Origin: Tubulanus polymorphus | Taxonomy: Eukaryota; Animalia; Nemertea | Assembly (NCBI RefSeq): GCF_964204645.1 | Contig: NC_134028.1 | Coordinates: 15,383,653-15,447,652, forward strand | Direction of reading: 5' to 3' | Length of the DNA stretch: 64,000 nt | Part shown: in pieces, positions 1 through 12,526 of the stretch | How the letters are laid out: each line of letters starts with the position of its first letter | Numbering within the stretch: the stretch's first letter is position 1 | The notes under the pieces: generated by a model | What the model was told of the DNA's origin: nothing | Databases searched by the model: none | Seen by the model: the letters and a program-made list of their open reading frames with translations, nothing else | Position numbers and translations under genes: made by a program

Positions 1-189
1 TTGAGGTGTCGTTTGAATATGGTTTGATGGTCTCGATATCATTTGAATATGGTTTGATGGTCTCACGGTGGTGGGGCTAGTATGATGGTAACCATCAATA
101 GGTGCATCTCTACTTGCATCGCACGTTAGACCATTTGCCGTATTCATCCGATTTTTCCTACGTCTTGCGGGGGGTATATACAGCGGTAC

Positions 190-261
190 AGGGGGGACTA
201 TTTCCTGATGGGGTTTCCACTGCCCCCCTGAAAACCCCGCTTCTCGTTTCCCTGGTTTCCC
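190..261 (-). promoter_or_regulatory. Putative -1 ribosomal frameshift signal (slippery G GGA AAC + pseudoknot)
   Basis: In-frame GGGAAAC at 246-252 (another at 255-261), 7-nt spacer, stem GGGGUUUUC/GGAAACCCC, loop AGGGGGG complementary to downstream CCCCCCU. The -1 frame is open to position 1. Confidence 0.7.
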
Positions 262-1316
262 TTAGGTAGGTGGCAGTTACTTGAATAGTGACCACTCCCC
301 CCGCAATTATAGCATTTAACTTGTGGGCACAAGTTTTTGGGGTGGTCTGCATCCCTGCAACGCCAACATTTGTCATCGGCGGGTGGTCGACGATTGCCAT
401 TACCAGAGACAACTGCTTCCAAATGGCCTACTCGAGTCATCAGCGTTCCCATCATCGACTTCAATTCGTCGAGTTGTTTGGTTATGGCTGAGCTAGTCGA
501 GTCGAGCTGGGTCTGGTTAACGGATACTTTTTGTTTATGAGTCGTGCCCTCAGTCAACCGTCTCGCTGTTTCCAGAGTCCGTGCTTGAGCGACTGCTGCA
601 GCCAACGAACTTGGCTGGGCCGCATACATTGACTGCTTCGCTGAGACGGGTAGGCTATTACCTTTAAGGAATTGGTCTTTGGCCAATTCATCCTGCAGCT
701 CGAAGGCAATGCCAGGGTATGCGTTCCTTGCCAGCTCTGCTAACTCGTCGGCATAGCGTTCCACAGATTCAGTTGTCTTTTGGTCCCTCCCATTCAACAA
801 CATCTTAAAGTCATCCACAGTCTTTGTTTGTTGGAAACGGGATGATAGCCGCCGACAGAAATCATCATACGACAGGCTCGAGTCAAGACGTAGGTTCGAG
901 ACAGCCTGGTATGCCTCATGGTCAAGTCGCATCATCAGGTGTGATTTACGCTGTTCGCCCCCGTTGATGCGAGAACTAATTTGGGCCAGGTCAGCGAACG
1001 CGTCAAACCTTTCGAGCCAAACGCGGAAATTGTGTCCCATGGTATAGGGCTTGGGTGCCGGAATATTGTGCATTTTCGGGGTGGGTGCATCTCTCGTCAC
1101 GACCCTCTCCATCACTTCAGTCAGTCGCTGGAGGATGGAATCCTCAGATGTTTTCAAATTTTCGGCTTTTGTCTTCGTTGGACGGCCACGTTTTGGTTTT
1201 AACGAGAGGTTACCCTCCCCATTAACCAGGAGGTCATGATGTGCAGCTCCGGACGTTGGTGACATAGGCCTAGATAAGGCCAAGGGCTCACACACATCAT
1301 TCTCAACATCCGACAT
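198..1316 (-). CDS. gag: Retrotransposon Gag protein
   Basis: 372-aa ORF with capsid-like Q-x-x-x-E-S-V motif (RDQKTTESVERYADEL) and two CCHC knuckles (CWRCRDADHPKNLC, CYNCGGSGHYSSNC). Confidence 0.9.
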   Translation of the reverse strand: MSDVENDVCEPLALSRPMSPTSGAAHHDLLVNGEGNLSLKPKRGRPTKTKAENLKTSEDSILQRLTEVMERVVTRDAPTPKMHNIPAPKPYTMGHNFRVWLERFDAFADLAQISSRINGGEQRKSHLMMRLDHEAYQAVSNLRLDSSLSYDDFCRRLSSRFQQTKTVDDFKMLLNGRDQKTTESVERYADELAELARNAYPGIAFELQDELAKDQFLKGNSLPVSAKQSMYAAQPSSLAAAVAQARTLETARRLTEGTTHKQKVSVNQTQLDSTSSAITKQLDELKSMMGTLMTRVGHLEAVVSGNGNRRPPADDKCWRCRDADHPKNLCPQVKCYNCGGSGHYSSNCHLPKGNQGNEKRGFQGGSGNPIRK

Positions 1317-1535
1317 AATTACTATTCTTTTATATAAATGACACAGAAAATACAGGACCGCAAATAAATGTAGGGGAAACAGGCACTTAAAAATACTAAA
1401 TATGTACTAGGAATTACGAAGTAGGTAAAAAAATACGTTAAGTACACACAAAAAGTAACAGTAATTTACACAGACTAAACGGAGGAAAACGTGTTCACCG
1501 CTTCAACTCAATTTCAACTGGTTTTTTCACAATCA

Positions 1536-1554
1536 AATCCCACCGCTGCCACCA
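1536..1554 (-). promoter_or_regulatory. Primer-binding site complementary to tRNA-Leu 3' end
   Basis: Minus strand TGGTGGCAGCGGTGGGATT, 2 nt after the LTR end; complement of the eukaryotic tRNA-Leu(AAG/TAG) end AATCCCACCGCTGCCA-CCA. Confidence 0.85.
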
Positions 1555-1556
1555 GA

Positions 1557-1713
1557 TGTAACGAGGTCCTATTCTGCCTGTTCCACAGTAGAAGTTTCCT
1601 CCAAATATCGACTCTGAGAGCCCAAAAACCAGTAAAAAGGCGGACAAAAGATATTAACACAATCACCTATTGTTCTGTATTTTCGAGAGAGAGGGCAGCA
1701 CCCTCCAGTTACA
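1557..1713 (-). repeat. 5' LTR of Gypsy element (~157 bp)
   Basis: TGTAAC..GTTACA inverted ends, adjacent to the PBS. The partner LTR is outside the window. Confidence 0.7.
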
Positions 1714-4130
1714 ACATAGAAAACGACTGATGGACATATTCCATCACACCATGTTCTGTAGAGTTCGGCAAGCACTTGCGGTTGCTATAAATAAACACAG
1801 TTCGTGAAGACTAGGTTCTGACAGTTATCTCTTAATTAAGTTTGAATTAATGTTTTTTATACCTGCATGATTTTTGCTTGTTTAACATTTAGCTTAGTCC
1901 AGGAATCTCGTTCTATATAAGATTTGATCAATCCTGGTACCATCCGAATATGATTATCATCTCTTCTTTGAGTTTCACGATTCCACATACTTTTTATTTC
2001 ATCCCATCCGAATTCAACTCAATTCATGAAGTATTTCGTTCCACCTGTTTGACTTGCCCACAACTGATTAATTTGATTTTTAAGCTGTAAAAAGAAACAT
2101 ATCAATAAAAATGAGATCCTTCAATTATACTGTAAAATACCATATTTCAACTTGGATAGAAGTGTTTGCTTACTTGATGTGATGGACGGATGACAAAGTA
2201 AATTTTCTTTTCCGGTTCGTGGGGGTTCATCATCCAAGGTTCAACTTTATGTCGATCTTCCTGGGCATCCTTTAGACCAAAGGCACCGTGCGGATAACCA
2301 CTGAGTGTTTTTATCATCGATAGGTTGGTGCTGGCTCCATCAGTCACCACCACCCTTGTCTGCAAAGAAATTTGAAAATTAAAGATATCTGAAGATGCTA
2401 ATCAATGGGTTTCATCAAAAATTATGAATTTTTGGTTTCATTTGCAATCAACTTAAAAACTTACCCTGAATCCATACTCATAAATGATTCTCAAGACATC
2501 ATACAGACAAGCTGTCGTAAAAGCTGCATCCATTGTTGTGTGACAATTAAAATAAGGTCCAATAATATCGAAATCACTGCTTAAGTCATTCCACAAAAAC
2601 TGCAACTCATATTCAGCCGTCTCTGGTGTACATTCTCCGGATAATTCTTTGAAAATATCTTTCAAAGAAGACATTTCTGTAGCGTCCATAGCGAGCCCGT
2701 TGAGTTGTTTATTTTTACTATTCCACGCTACTTTACCGATAACTTTTACTTCATCGAGTATCAAAACTCCAGTTGAGGTTGGTGATTTTGTGCCTTTCGA
2801 TGTACACTCATTTTTCCACAAATTATAACGGTTAAATGTTTCTTCTATATAATCATAATATGACTCCGTTCCAGGAGCCTGCAACAGTGCAGTAGAATAG
2901 TGCTGCAGTGAACTTCGTGAGGGCAGTTTGAAAATTCCCCACTCTTGAATCGCTTCGTAAGCTGCAGGGCTTCGACAGTATATTGACAGAGCAATTCGAT
3001 AGGTGACCATACTCCAACGGTTTCCTTTCTGTCCAGTTTCTAATTTTGAAAAATTAAAATATTTTGTAAATTTTGTCTGCATTTCACTTTTCAATTTGAA
3101 AAATTCGGATCAACAAATATATTGAGTTAAAAGAAGTCCAATTTTCATCTAGAATTGTGGGCTAAAGTATCCAATATTGAGAAGTATATTGAAAATATCT
3201 AGTGGTTCAGAATTATATGAATTTTTTCATGAATTCAAAATGATAGAAATTCACTTACCATTGCGGTGCTGATCGGCTCCCCAGGTAGTTTTTATTGCTT
3301 GCAATGTGTCTTTTTCTAATTCTGCTTCCGCTAAGACAGCTTCGATATCACCAGGCTTGACGTGAGAACAAAAATCTTCCAATTCCTTACTTTGCGTCCG
3401 TTCAAGTTCGATGGTATAGTCATTTTGAATTTTCTGTGAGGTGTTAATTAATCGACGCTTTATATTTCTAGCACTTGAACTCTTTCTCTCGATTCTCCGC
3501 TTTTTGCTTCGTGGTGTCAAATTAGTCATAGGATAGTTAGAATTTTTTTCTGAACGTCTTGCTTTAGTTTGCGGAGTAACCAATAGTTCACGCTTGTTCG
3601 TCTTTCGAAGATTGCGATAAGCATTCCGGACATCGAGACGTTGCTGATAATCTTGCTTCTCGTTCTTCTAGCGTGGCATTGAATCGAAGTTTGAACCATT
3701 TTTTGCACTTTTTTGATATAAATGATGGCGGAATCTTTCTCTCGATAACGAACGACGGAATATACTTGATTGACGAACAAACGCTGTCAAATTCCGGTCT
3801 GGATATTCCTGTGCAGAATACATATTCACTAGACATCCGACCAAGCATATCGTCGATTACATTCCAATCTATTCCCGTGTCCGATAGATATGATGTTTCG
3901 AATAATAATTCATCGCATAAGTAGTGTTTCAGAACACCAGATGTGAATATTAATATCTTCGACACGGTTGCTGGTCCTCCCGTAGTGAATCCCACATCAC
4001 ATATTCCTCGAGTAATCTCGAGAAAAATATCTCCAGAGCAACTTAAAAATCGTATTTGTAATAACGCAAATAGATCGTGAATATAGTTAACTATTTCTGA
4101 CAATTCCGATGGACCAGCATTAAGAGCAAT
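1714..4130 (-). pseudogene. Intron-containing P-element/THAP9-like transposase, disrupted
   Basis: Motifs RWSMVTYRIALSIYCRSPAAY..LPSRSSL, GVLILDEVKV, VVTDGASTN, PSHQ|LKN and RDSWTKLNVKQAKIMQ across GT-AG-bounded segments; in-frame stop near 2020; LTR insertion at 1713. Confidence 0.7.
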
Positions 4131-4918
4131 TTTGCTACTACCCGGTTGAGTAGTTTTATGGTCAGTTTCTTTAGAAAGTAATACTGGAACATGAATAACG
4201 GCGGGTTGCGCTGGAAAAAAATGTAGTCATCTTTTAACTTTACTTGTTGCAATTGAAAGACATAATATGAATGCGGCTTTATACATGTTTTGAGTTGATC
4301 AGTTTGATGGTTTCTAGGGGTATGAACACTGATATTAGTCACGGTAATTAAAAAGAGCAACTGCTATGTTTTAACCCGTGCACACAGTGATGCATGGCAA
4401 CTGGTAAAACCATGAACAACTATCTTTTTCGTAGTCATACAAATTTACTTGAAAATCCATCTACTAAGATGTAATAAGTTCATTTTTTATTCAAAGGTAC
4501 TTATGAGTGGTTATGGCTAAAAACTCCCATTCATATTGCTTTTCTATATTACGGGTTGTCTAAGTCGTTATTCGAAAAACATCAAATGAAAAAAACCCGT
4601 GTAATTTACCTATCTGAGAAAAACTTGTAAAACTCATTTGTTCTCGTCGGTTTAGCAATTTTAAAGGATTCGAGGTATAGAATCGTATATATTTTCACTA
4701 TCTCTATAAAATACCAAATCAAAATAAGTTGTTTAGCCTAGTTGTTAAGTCTTTATTCGTTCCACTAATGGGTGAAATAATGGATAAATACCACAGTAAC
4801 TGAATATAAGGTCATTTTTAGGAATTAGGCTTTATACGTTTTCCGATTCGAAGTTTTTCATTGGGAATTTTTCGAATATAAAAACGCGCAAAAACGGATT
4901 ATTTCAATACCTATAATA

Positions 4919-6840
4919 ATAATAAGATAAAAACCCACTATCTACAGATTAAAAGAATTTAAAAACAAGAATTTACAATTTTACAATTTCTACAATTTCT
5001 ACAATTTACAATTTACAATTTTTACAATTTTAATTTTATATTCATGAATTTGGACACCATTTGGAATACCCTCCAAGGTCAATCTAATCAGTTCTTTCAT
5101 CGGAGATTTTCGATTGCTCTCCAGGAACTAAAATCAATCAAAACCATCCGCATCTCCAAGGCTGATAAAGGCGGCAAAATTGTTATTCAAGATTTGATCA
5201 ATTACAATTCTAAAATGTTTGCTATTCTCGGTGATTCCGATTTCTACAAATCTATCAAAAACAACCCTTTGAAAAGATGCAATCAGCTTTTAATTTAGGT
5301 TTAAAAAACATCTCTAAGAAATTTCCTGACCATTCGGACTTCATCTCTAAATTCAACTCTCGGCTTCCAAATCTTCCTTATACCTACGGTCTTCCCAAAA
5401 TTCATAAACCCAATTCACCTTTAAGACCGATCATTTCTAATATCAATCCTCCATCATATCGGCTTTCCAAATATCCGGCTAAAGTACTCTCCCCGGCTTT
5501 GGGTACTTTTTCTGATTCTTACATTCGGCACAATATGGATCTTTTAGACAAACTCAAAAATGTCAAACCTAATGGCCAAAAATTGATTTCTTTTGACGCT
5601 GTTTCCTTGTTCACAAATATACCATTGGAACCAACTCTCAATTTCTTAAGAAGAAAACTTCCGGACTCAAATCTTGATCACCCAATTCCTGTATATTGTT
5701 TACTTGAACTTTTGGAACTCTGCACAACCAATCTATATTTCCAATTCCAAGACAAATTCTATGAACAAATTTTCGATTTCGCTATGGGTAACCCATTATC
5801 CCCCATTTTGGCTAATCTTTTGCTTGAACACTTTGAATCCGAAATTCTTCCAAATTACACTGGCTCTAAACCTAACTTTTGGATTAGATATGTTGATGAC
5901 ATTCTGTGCTTAGTTTCTGATGATTTTGATCTTACCTCTTTTATCGACTTCATCAACTTTCAATATCCATCTTTGAAATTCACCTTTGAATGGGAACAAA
6001 ATGACCAAATTCCGTTTTTAGATGTTCTAATTCACAATGAATATTCTCATTTGATTTTCTCAGTCTACCGTAGACCTATCAACGCCGAGGCATACCTTCA
6101 CTTGTTTTCGTTTACTGCTAAATCAATCAAAATTGGTCTCGCTCGAGGCCTCTTTCTCCGTGCACTACGGATCTGCGATGAAACCTTCCTTTCGGCCGAA
6201 TTTGACCATATATCCAACTCTCTTAAAAAATTGGCTTACCCTGATTTTGAGAATCGCTATTTCTAAGGCTAAACGTACTTTCTTCAATTCTAAACCTCCA
6301 GAAAATAAAAAAAAACACATTTCAGAGTTCATTGTAGTTCCGTATGTACCTGTTTTGGAAAAGTATCGTCACTCTCTCCCTTTATTGGATACACAAATCA
6401 TTTTCACGTATGAAAACAAAATTAGTATGACTTTGGTTAAAAACAATCAATCTAAACCTTTGGACTGCGGAGTTTACAAAATTCCTTGTTTTGGCTGTGA
6501 TAAAATTTACTTTGGAGAAACTGGTCGTGAATTAAAAACTCGATTTTCGGAACACAAAAAGGATATAATAAATAAAAAAAAGGTTTGGAACACTGGTCAT
6601 CGTTTTAATTTTGATAAAGCTGAAATTATTTATTCTTCCAGCAATTACACTAAACGCCACACAGTTGAGTCTGCCCTAATTACGCGTCACTCAGACATTA
6701 GTACCAATTTGAATAATGACTTTTCTCCGTACAATTCCCTTCTTTCTAAGTATATTACTTCATGCCTTGCCAAACACTAATTAGTTACTCACTCACCAAT
6801 TTACTCAATTAGCCTGTTCTCCTCCGTATATATACCCCTG
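4919..6840 (+). mobile_element. Penelope-like retroelement, body (3' pseudo-LTR continues at 23060-~23243 beyond the inserted Polinton)
   Basis: RT + GIY-YIG ORF. 4919-4975 is an inverted copy of 23151-23207, matching the inverted partial pLTR arrangement typical of Penelope elements. Confidence 0.85.
5044..6780 (+). pseudogene. Penelope reverse transcriptase-GIY-YIG endonuclease, frameshifted
   Basis: KADKG, YGLPKIHK..PLRPIIS, SFDAVSLFTNIP, AMGNPLSP, RYVDD and GVYKIPC..C..YFGETGR motifs, split over three frames. Confidence 0.9.
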
Positions 6841-7586
6841 AGTAATAGGGATAATAGGCTTTCAGATCAAAGGTCGAAGGGTCGAGTTCGTAAAAAAATG
6901 AAAATAACAATAATTTACAGTTGAATTAGTCGCGCACACTCCTAATTCAACTGTAAATTATTGTTATTTTCATTTTTTACTCACTCGCCCCTTCAACCTT
7001 AAACCTGAAAGCCTATTATCCCTATTACTCTTAAAATATTCTTATATTTATTTAAACATAATTTACATGAATAACATATAAATTGATAGATTATTCAATA
7101 TAAAAGTGTTATTAAAGTGTGAGTAAAAAAGTAACGAGTAATTAACGAGCTCTTATAGAATAGATATATAGATATATTTTAAACATATTTCAATATTTAT
7201 ATTTGTATGAGTTAGATTTTTAAACATTAAAAGTGTTAGTAAAGTGTGATTGAAATAATACATGATATAAATCATTGAACTTCTAAAATCAATTTAAAAA
7301 AAAATTTAGTATTAAAATGGAAGCAAATAAGTACTACTGCCCAACATCTAATATCAATATAGATAAATCCCAAAAAGCAAGACACAATAAAACTTAAACA
7401 CATTTAGAGAATAAATTGAAACTAGAATATAAAGATGATATATTAGAAACTAAATTAGATGAATTAAAGAATGAAAAAGAAACATACAAATGTGATACAT
7501 GTAATCAATCATTCAGTGATAAAAGATATTATAATGAACATTTAAAATCTAAAAGTCATATTAGAAATAGGAATAATGATATTTTA
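6841..7586. repeat. Left TIR of Polinton A (outer 6841-7029 is itself a fold-back palindrome)
   Basis: Near-identical reverse complement of 22302-23059. Confidence 0.95.
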
Positions 7587-10500
7587 GGTGAAGATTATTT
7601 TGATGAAGATAATGATAAGAAACAGGAGACAATTAAAAACATAAAAAATAAATTAAACAATAAAAGACCATACATGGAAGATGTAAGAAATTATATTAAT
7701 TCATTAGATAATAAAAAAGACATAGAGATAACCGAAGCATTTAAAAGTGATATTGGCCCAGCAGCTATCGAGTTTAAATTTCATGAAGGAAAAACATTAG
7801 AAGAAAATAAAAAACATTTAGAAAATATGAAAGAAATAATAAAAATAATAACTGATGTTGAATATCCTAAAATTAGTAAATCTTCTAAAGTAAAGTTTAT
7901 AAAATCTGAAGATAAACCAATATATAATATAAATTCTCATTCACAACATATTATATCTAAACAACATATAGATGATAAATTAGATAAATGTTATAATGAA
8001 GTAAAAACTAAAATAGAAGAGAAATATTTTGAAGGATCTGGTTTAATATTTGATGAAATAATATTTATGACTTTACATGTTTATAACACAAAATATAATA
8101 AGTTAACGAAATCAAAACCAATTGATGAAAATAATGCATCATATTATAAAGAACCATATATTGAAGCATCGAGTTATATTAAACTACCATTTAAAACTAA
8201 TGCTGTAATAAATGTACAAAATGAAGATGATAAATGTTTTCTATGGGCTATAATAAGTTGTTTACAGCCTGCAACTTATAATATTTGTAGATTAACTCAT
8301 TATAAACCATTTGAAAATAATTATAAGATAGATAAGTATCCTGTTATAATTAAAAACATCCCAAAAATAGAAAGAGATAATAATATAAAGATAAATGTAT
8401 TTGATTTAATCAAATTACCAAATACAAAAGGTAACAATATAAAACATTATACATTAGAACCTTTATACCTATCAAAAGATTATGATTCAAATGATGTTAT
8501 AGATATATTATATTATGAGAATCATTATATGTGGATTAAACAAATAGATTTATTCTTTAGAACAGAAAGTGATCACCATGATAAAATATATCTATGTAGA
8601 AAATGTTTACATAAATTCAGTTATGAAAGTACATTATTAAATCATAAACAATTATGTGAAAATCATGATTATTGTAAATTAGTTTTACCAAATGAAAAGG
8701 ATAAAATATTAGAATTCAAAAAATATGATTACAAAAATAAAGTACCATTTGTTATATATGGAGATTTTGAATCATTAAATAAAGAATTAACTGATCAAGA
8801 TAGAAAAGAAATATATTATAAAAGAAAGAAATTAAATTCTACTGAAAATGATTTTTCAGATGAACCACCAAAAACAAATACTATTAAAAAGATTCATCAA
8901 TCAGCTGCTGCTTTCGGGTTATATATTAAATCTGATTATCCAGAACTAATTAAAAGTGAATATTATCATTATAGAAATGAAAATGTTATCAATCATTTTT
9001 GTGACTTATTTATTGAATATGAAATAAGATTTAGTAAATTATTGAATACAAATATAGAAATTATAATGACAGAAGAAGATAAAGAAGCATTTGCGTTTGC
9101 AGATAAATGTTATTATTGTGAAAAGATATTTAATTATAAAGATAAAAAAGTAAGAGACCATGATCATTTGAACGGAAAGTTTAGAGGCGCTGCACATGAG
9201 AATTGTAACTTACAAGCTAAGAAAATTAATTTTGTACCAGTTATATTTCATAATCTATCAGGATATGATGCATATTTATTCATCAAACAGTTATGCCATA
9301 AAATAGAAGAAATCAATAATGAAATAGAAAGATTAAATTCAAATAGATCAAAAGATAAAATAACAACTTATAAATTTAGAATGTTAGCTAAAATATCTGA
9401 GAATTATATATCATTCCAATTTGGTTGCCTAAGATTTATAGATTCATATAAAGTTTTAAATAGTTCATTAGATAACTTATCAAAATCATTAGTTGATGAT
9501 GAATTAAAAATACTAAAACAACACTATCCAAATAATGAGGATTTTCAATTAATGAGATATAAAGGCGCAATTCCATATTCATTTTATAAATCACATTATG
9601 ATTTCAATATAACTGAATTATTGAAAGGACAATTCTATGATGAATTCAAAAATGAATATGTTAAAGATGAAGTATATAATAGAACATTGAATATTTGGAA
9701 TCATTTCAAAATAGAGAATCATGGGCAATTGGTAGATTTATATCTAAAATCAGATGTATTATTATTAACCGATATATTCGAAAGGTTTAGAGATGTAAAC
9801 CTAAAATATTTCAATATTGATCCTTGTCATTGTTATTCAAGTCCAGGATTAACATGGGATTGTGGATTAAAATTTACAGATATACAAATGGATTTGTTAA
9901 CAAATATAGATCAATTACTATTATTTGAAAAATCTATAAGAGGAGGAGTTTCAGGTGTATTAGGTGATAGATATTTCAATGTAAATGATAACCCTGGATA
10001 TAAGTTCTTATATATAAGAAATAAAAAATAATTTGTATGGTTGGGCAATGATGGAACCACAACCTTATGGAGTATTTGAATTAACTGAAGTTTTACAGAA
10101 TGAAAATAATGATAAATTTGATTGGAAGAAAAGAATTCTAGATATTGCAGATGATTCAGATACTGGTTACTTCTTTGTTGTAGATTTAGAATATCCTGGA
10201 GATAAAAAATTTAAATCTAGAAATCTAGCTTACTGTCCCGAACATAAAACTGTAACTCATGAAGAATTATCAAATTACCAAAAAAGAATTAAACCCGAAA
10301 ATCATATTCATACAGAAAAGTTAATGGTAACTCAAGAAGATAAATATAATTATGTAGTACATTATAGAATGTTGAAGTTTTATCTAAAACAAGGAATGGT
10401 TCTAAAAAAGTACATAGATATATTTCATTCAGTCAATCTAAGTGGTTAGAAAAATATATAGATTTTAACACCAAACAGAGAACTGAAGCTAAAACTGATT

Positions 10501-11354
10501 TCGAGAAAGATTTCTTCAAGTTAATGAACAATGCATTCTAAGGTAAGAGTTGTGAAAATATTAGAAATAGAAATGATATTGAGTTAGTAAGTAATGGCAA
10601 AAGGATAAGGCATTTACAAACATATCCTAAATTTATAGGTAACAGAATATTTGATGAAAATTTAGCTGCAGTTAAGATGAGAAGAACATCAATGAAATTT
10701 AATAAACCAATCTATGTTGGCGCTTCAGTTTTAGAATAATCAAAATTACTAACGTATGAATTCTATTATAATGTATTACAACCACTTTTTGGAGAAAAAC
10801 ATATAGAAATATTATATTTTGATACTGACAGTTACGTATTAAAGATAAAAACTGATAACATAACAGATGATTTAAAAACATTAAAACATCATTTTGATTT
10901 TAGTAACTATCCTAAAGATCATGAATTGTTTAGCAATGATAATAAAAAAGTTCCCGGTAAATTCAAAGATGAATTAGGTGGTGAAGAAATGATAGAGTTC
11001 ATAGGTATTAGATCTAAAATGTATTCATATAAAACTAAAGAACATGAAGCTAAAAAGTTTAAAGGAATAACCAAAAGTGTAGTAGAAAAGAATATTCATT
11101 TCAAAGATTACATCAATTGTATATTCAATGAAGAAGTTAGAAAACATAAGATGAGATGTTTAAGATCTGAAGATCATGAAATGTTTATTGAAGAAATAGA
11201 GAAGATAAGTCTAAACCCATTTGATGATAAAAGATATATTTTAGATGATGGAATTCATACAGTTGCTTATGGTTGTAATTTAGATGAATACTTAAAATTT
11301 AAAAGAGAAGAAACAAAAGAGAACGAGATAATGAAAAGAATTCTAACGTGTTAA
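7317..11354 (+). pseudogene. polB: Protein-primed family B DNA polymerase with N-terminal C2H2 fingers, vOTU-like protease region and EndoVII-like insert; disrupted
   Basis: Exonuclease motifs YGDFES, FHNLSGYD, Y..SDV; polymerase motifs IRGGVS, LYGWAM, KLMNNAF(*)GK, YFDTDS, KMYS, PFDDKR; CYYC..RDHDH..G.FRGAAH..CN insert; NEDDKCFLWA..ENHY. Stops/frameshifts near 7395, 10015, 10410, 10540 and 10735. Confidence 0.92.
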
Positions 11355-11383
11355 TCAAATTTTAATAAAAATATGTTATTAAA

Positions 11384-11737
11384 ATGGAGAGTAAACAAGC
11401 ACACAGTGAGAACAACAAATCATTTCTAGATAGAATAAAAGATACTTCAAATGTCAAATCAGTAGATTATAAATTTAAGAAGTTAACAGAATTAATAATC
11501 CATAAGAAATATCTAATTACAAATATTGATACAGTAACTAACAAATATGGAGATAAATTAGTTATACACTTAGAATATGAAGGATTAAAAGGAAATACAT
11601 ATAAATTCAGAACATATTTACCGGATAGATTTCATAGATTATCAAGTGAATATCTAGAAGAATTATGTTCTGGAGATTTCTATTTCGTATACAAAGGTAA
11701 GAATGAAAAGGGGCACCATGAAATAGATTTCGAATAA
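11384..11737 (+). CDS. Conserved small viral protein (possibly nucleic-acid binding)
   Basis: Intact 117 aa; close homologue in copy C (47328-47681). Confidence 0.6.
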   Translation: MESKQAHSENNKSFLDRIKDTSNVKSVDYKFKKLTELIIHKKYLITNIDTVTNKYGDKLVIHLEYEGLKGNTYKFRTYLPDRFHRLSSEYLEELCSGDFYFVYKGKNEKGHHEIDFE

Positions 11738-11754
11738 GAAAATATGTAAAATAA

Positions 11755-12510
11755 ATGGTAGAATTAAAAGAATACAGAATATTTGTTGATTCAAGAAAAC
11801 TTACAAATTATAAATCTCATAATTTACTTGTACAATTAGATAGAGAATTTAAGAATTGTGTAGATTTAAAATTAGTTAGTATAAGTTTATGTAATTCTTT
11901 TTATAATATATCAGATAAAACTTTTGAACATAGAGGGTTTATGATTTATATGAGAAATAAAGATGAATGGTTTCATATATTTTTAAAACCAGGATTATAT
12001 AATTTAGAATCATTAGCGCAGGAAATTAATAGAAGAGCTCGGTTGAAAATCGGGGGCACTTCTGTATTTGAAATTAAATTTAATAAAATTGATAGTACTA
12101 ATAAAATAAGAATAAAGATATCTAATGAACAACATAAATTTATGGTAAACAAACCACTGGCTAAAATGTTAGGAATTAAACCGCTTACAGTTACTGGAAA
12201 CGCAGAAGGCATCTCAAATATAATACCTTTTACACACTTTTATATTTATTGCAATTTAATCGATCCTACAAAAACTTTCAAAGCAACTAAAGAAACAATT
12301 TGTAGTTCTAGTATACTAAATATTTTACCGCTAAAAAATGTTAAACAATTTGGAACTCAAATAAATTATAATTTAACAGAATGTGATTTCAAACCATGCA
12401 TTCCACATTTCAATAATTTCAAATTAGAAATAAGAAATCATAATGGTTATTTAATTGATTTGAATAACTTTCCTGTGATATATGAATTAGTTATAAGATG
12501 TAGAGAGTAA
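11755..12510 (+). CDS. Putative minor capsid (penton-like) protein
   Basis: Beta-rich 251 aa with YIYCNLI..IL..LPL..L.IRN.NG..IDLN.FP...EL pattern as in Polinton minor capsid proteins; intact homologue at 46555-47313. Confidence 0.65.
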   Translation: MVELKEYRIFVDSRKLTNYKSHNLLVQLDREFKNCVDLKLVSISLCNSFYNISDKTFEHRGFMIYMRNKDEWFHIFLKPGLYNLESLAQEINRRARLKIGGTSVFEIKFNKIDSTNKIRIKISNEQHKFMVNKPLAKMLGIKPLTVTGNAEGISNIIPFTHFYIYCNLIDPTKTFKATKETICSSSILNILPLKNVKQFGTQINYNLTECDFKPCIPHFNNFKLEIRNHNGYLIDLNNFPVIYELVIRCRE

Positions 12511-12526
12511 TTTTTTCATTATATAA

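Larger units (their letters stand above)
1..1713 (-). mobile_element. Ty3/Gypsy-type LTR retrotransposon, 5' portion (runs off window start)
   Basis: Short LTR 1557-1713 with TGTAAC..GTTACA termini, adjacent tRNA primer-binding site, and a gag ORF with zinc knuckles. It sits within the P-like transposase sequence that resumes at 1714. Confidence 0.85.

Noticed and set aside
12-64. 23-bp direct repeat at the window start
   Set aside because: The 30-nt period keeps the putative pol frame (RPSNHIQ twice); an ordinary coding duplication.
1536-1554. tRNA gene
   Set aside because: Only the 3' 19 nt including CCA are present, next to an LTR; this is a PBS.
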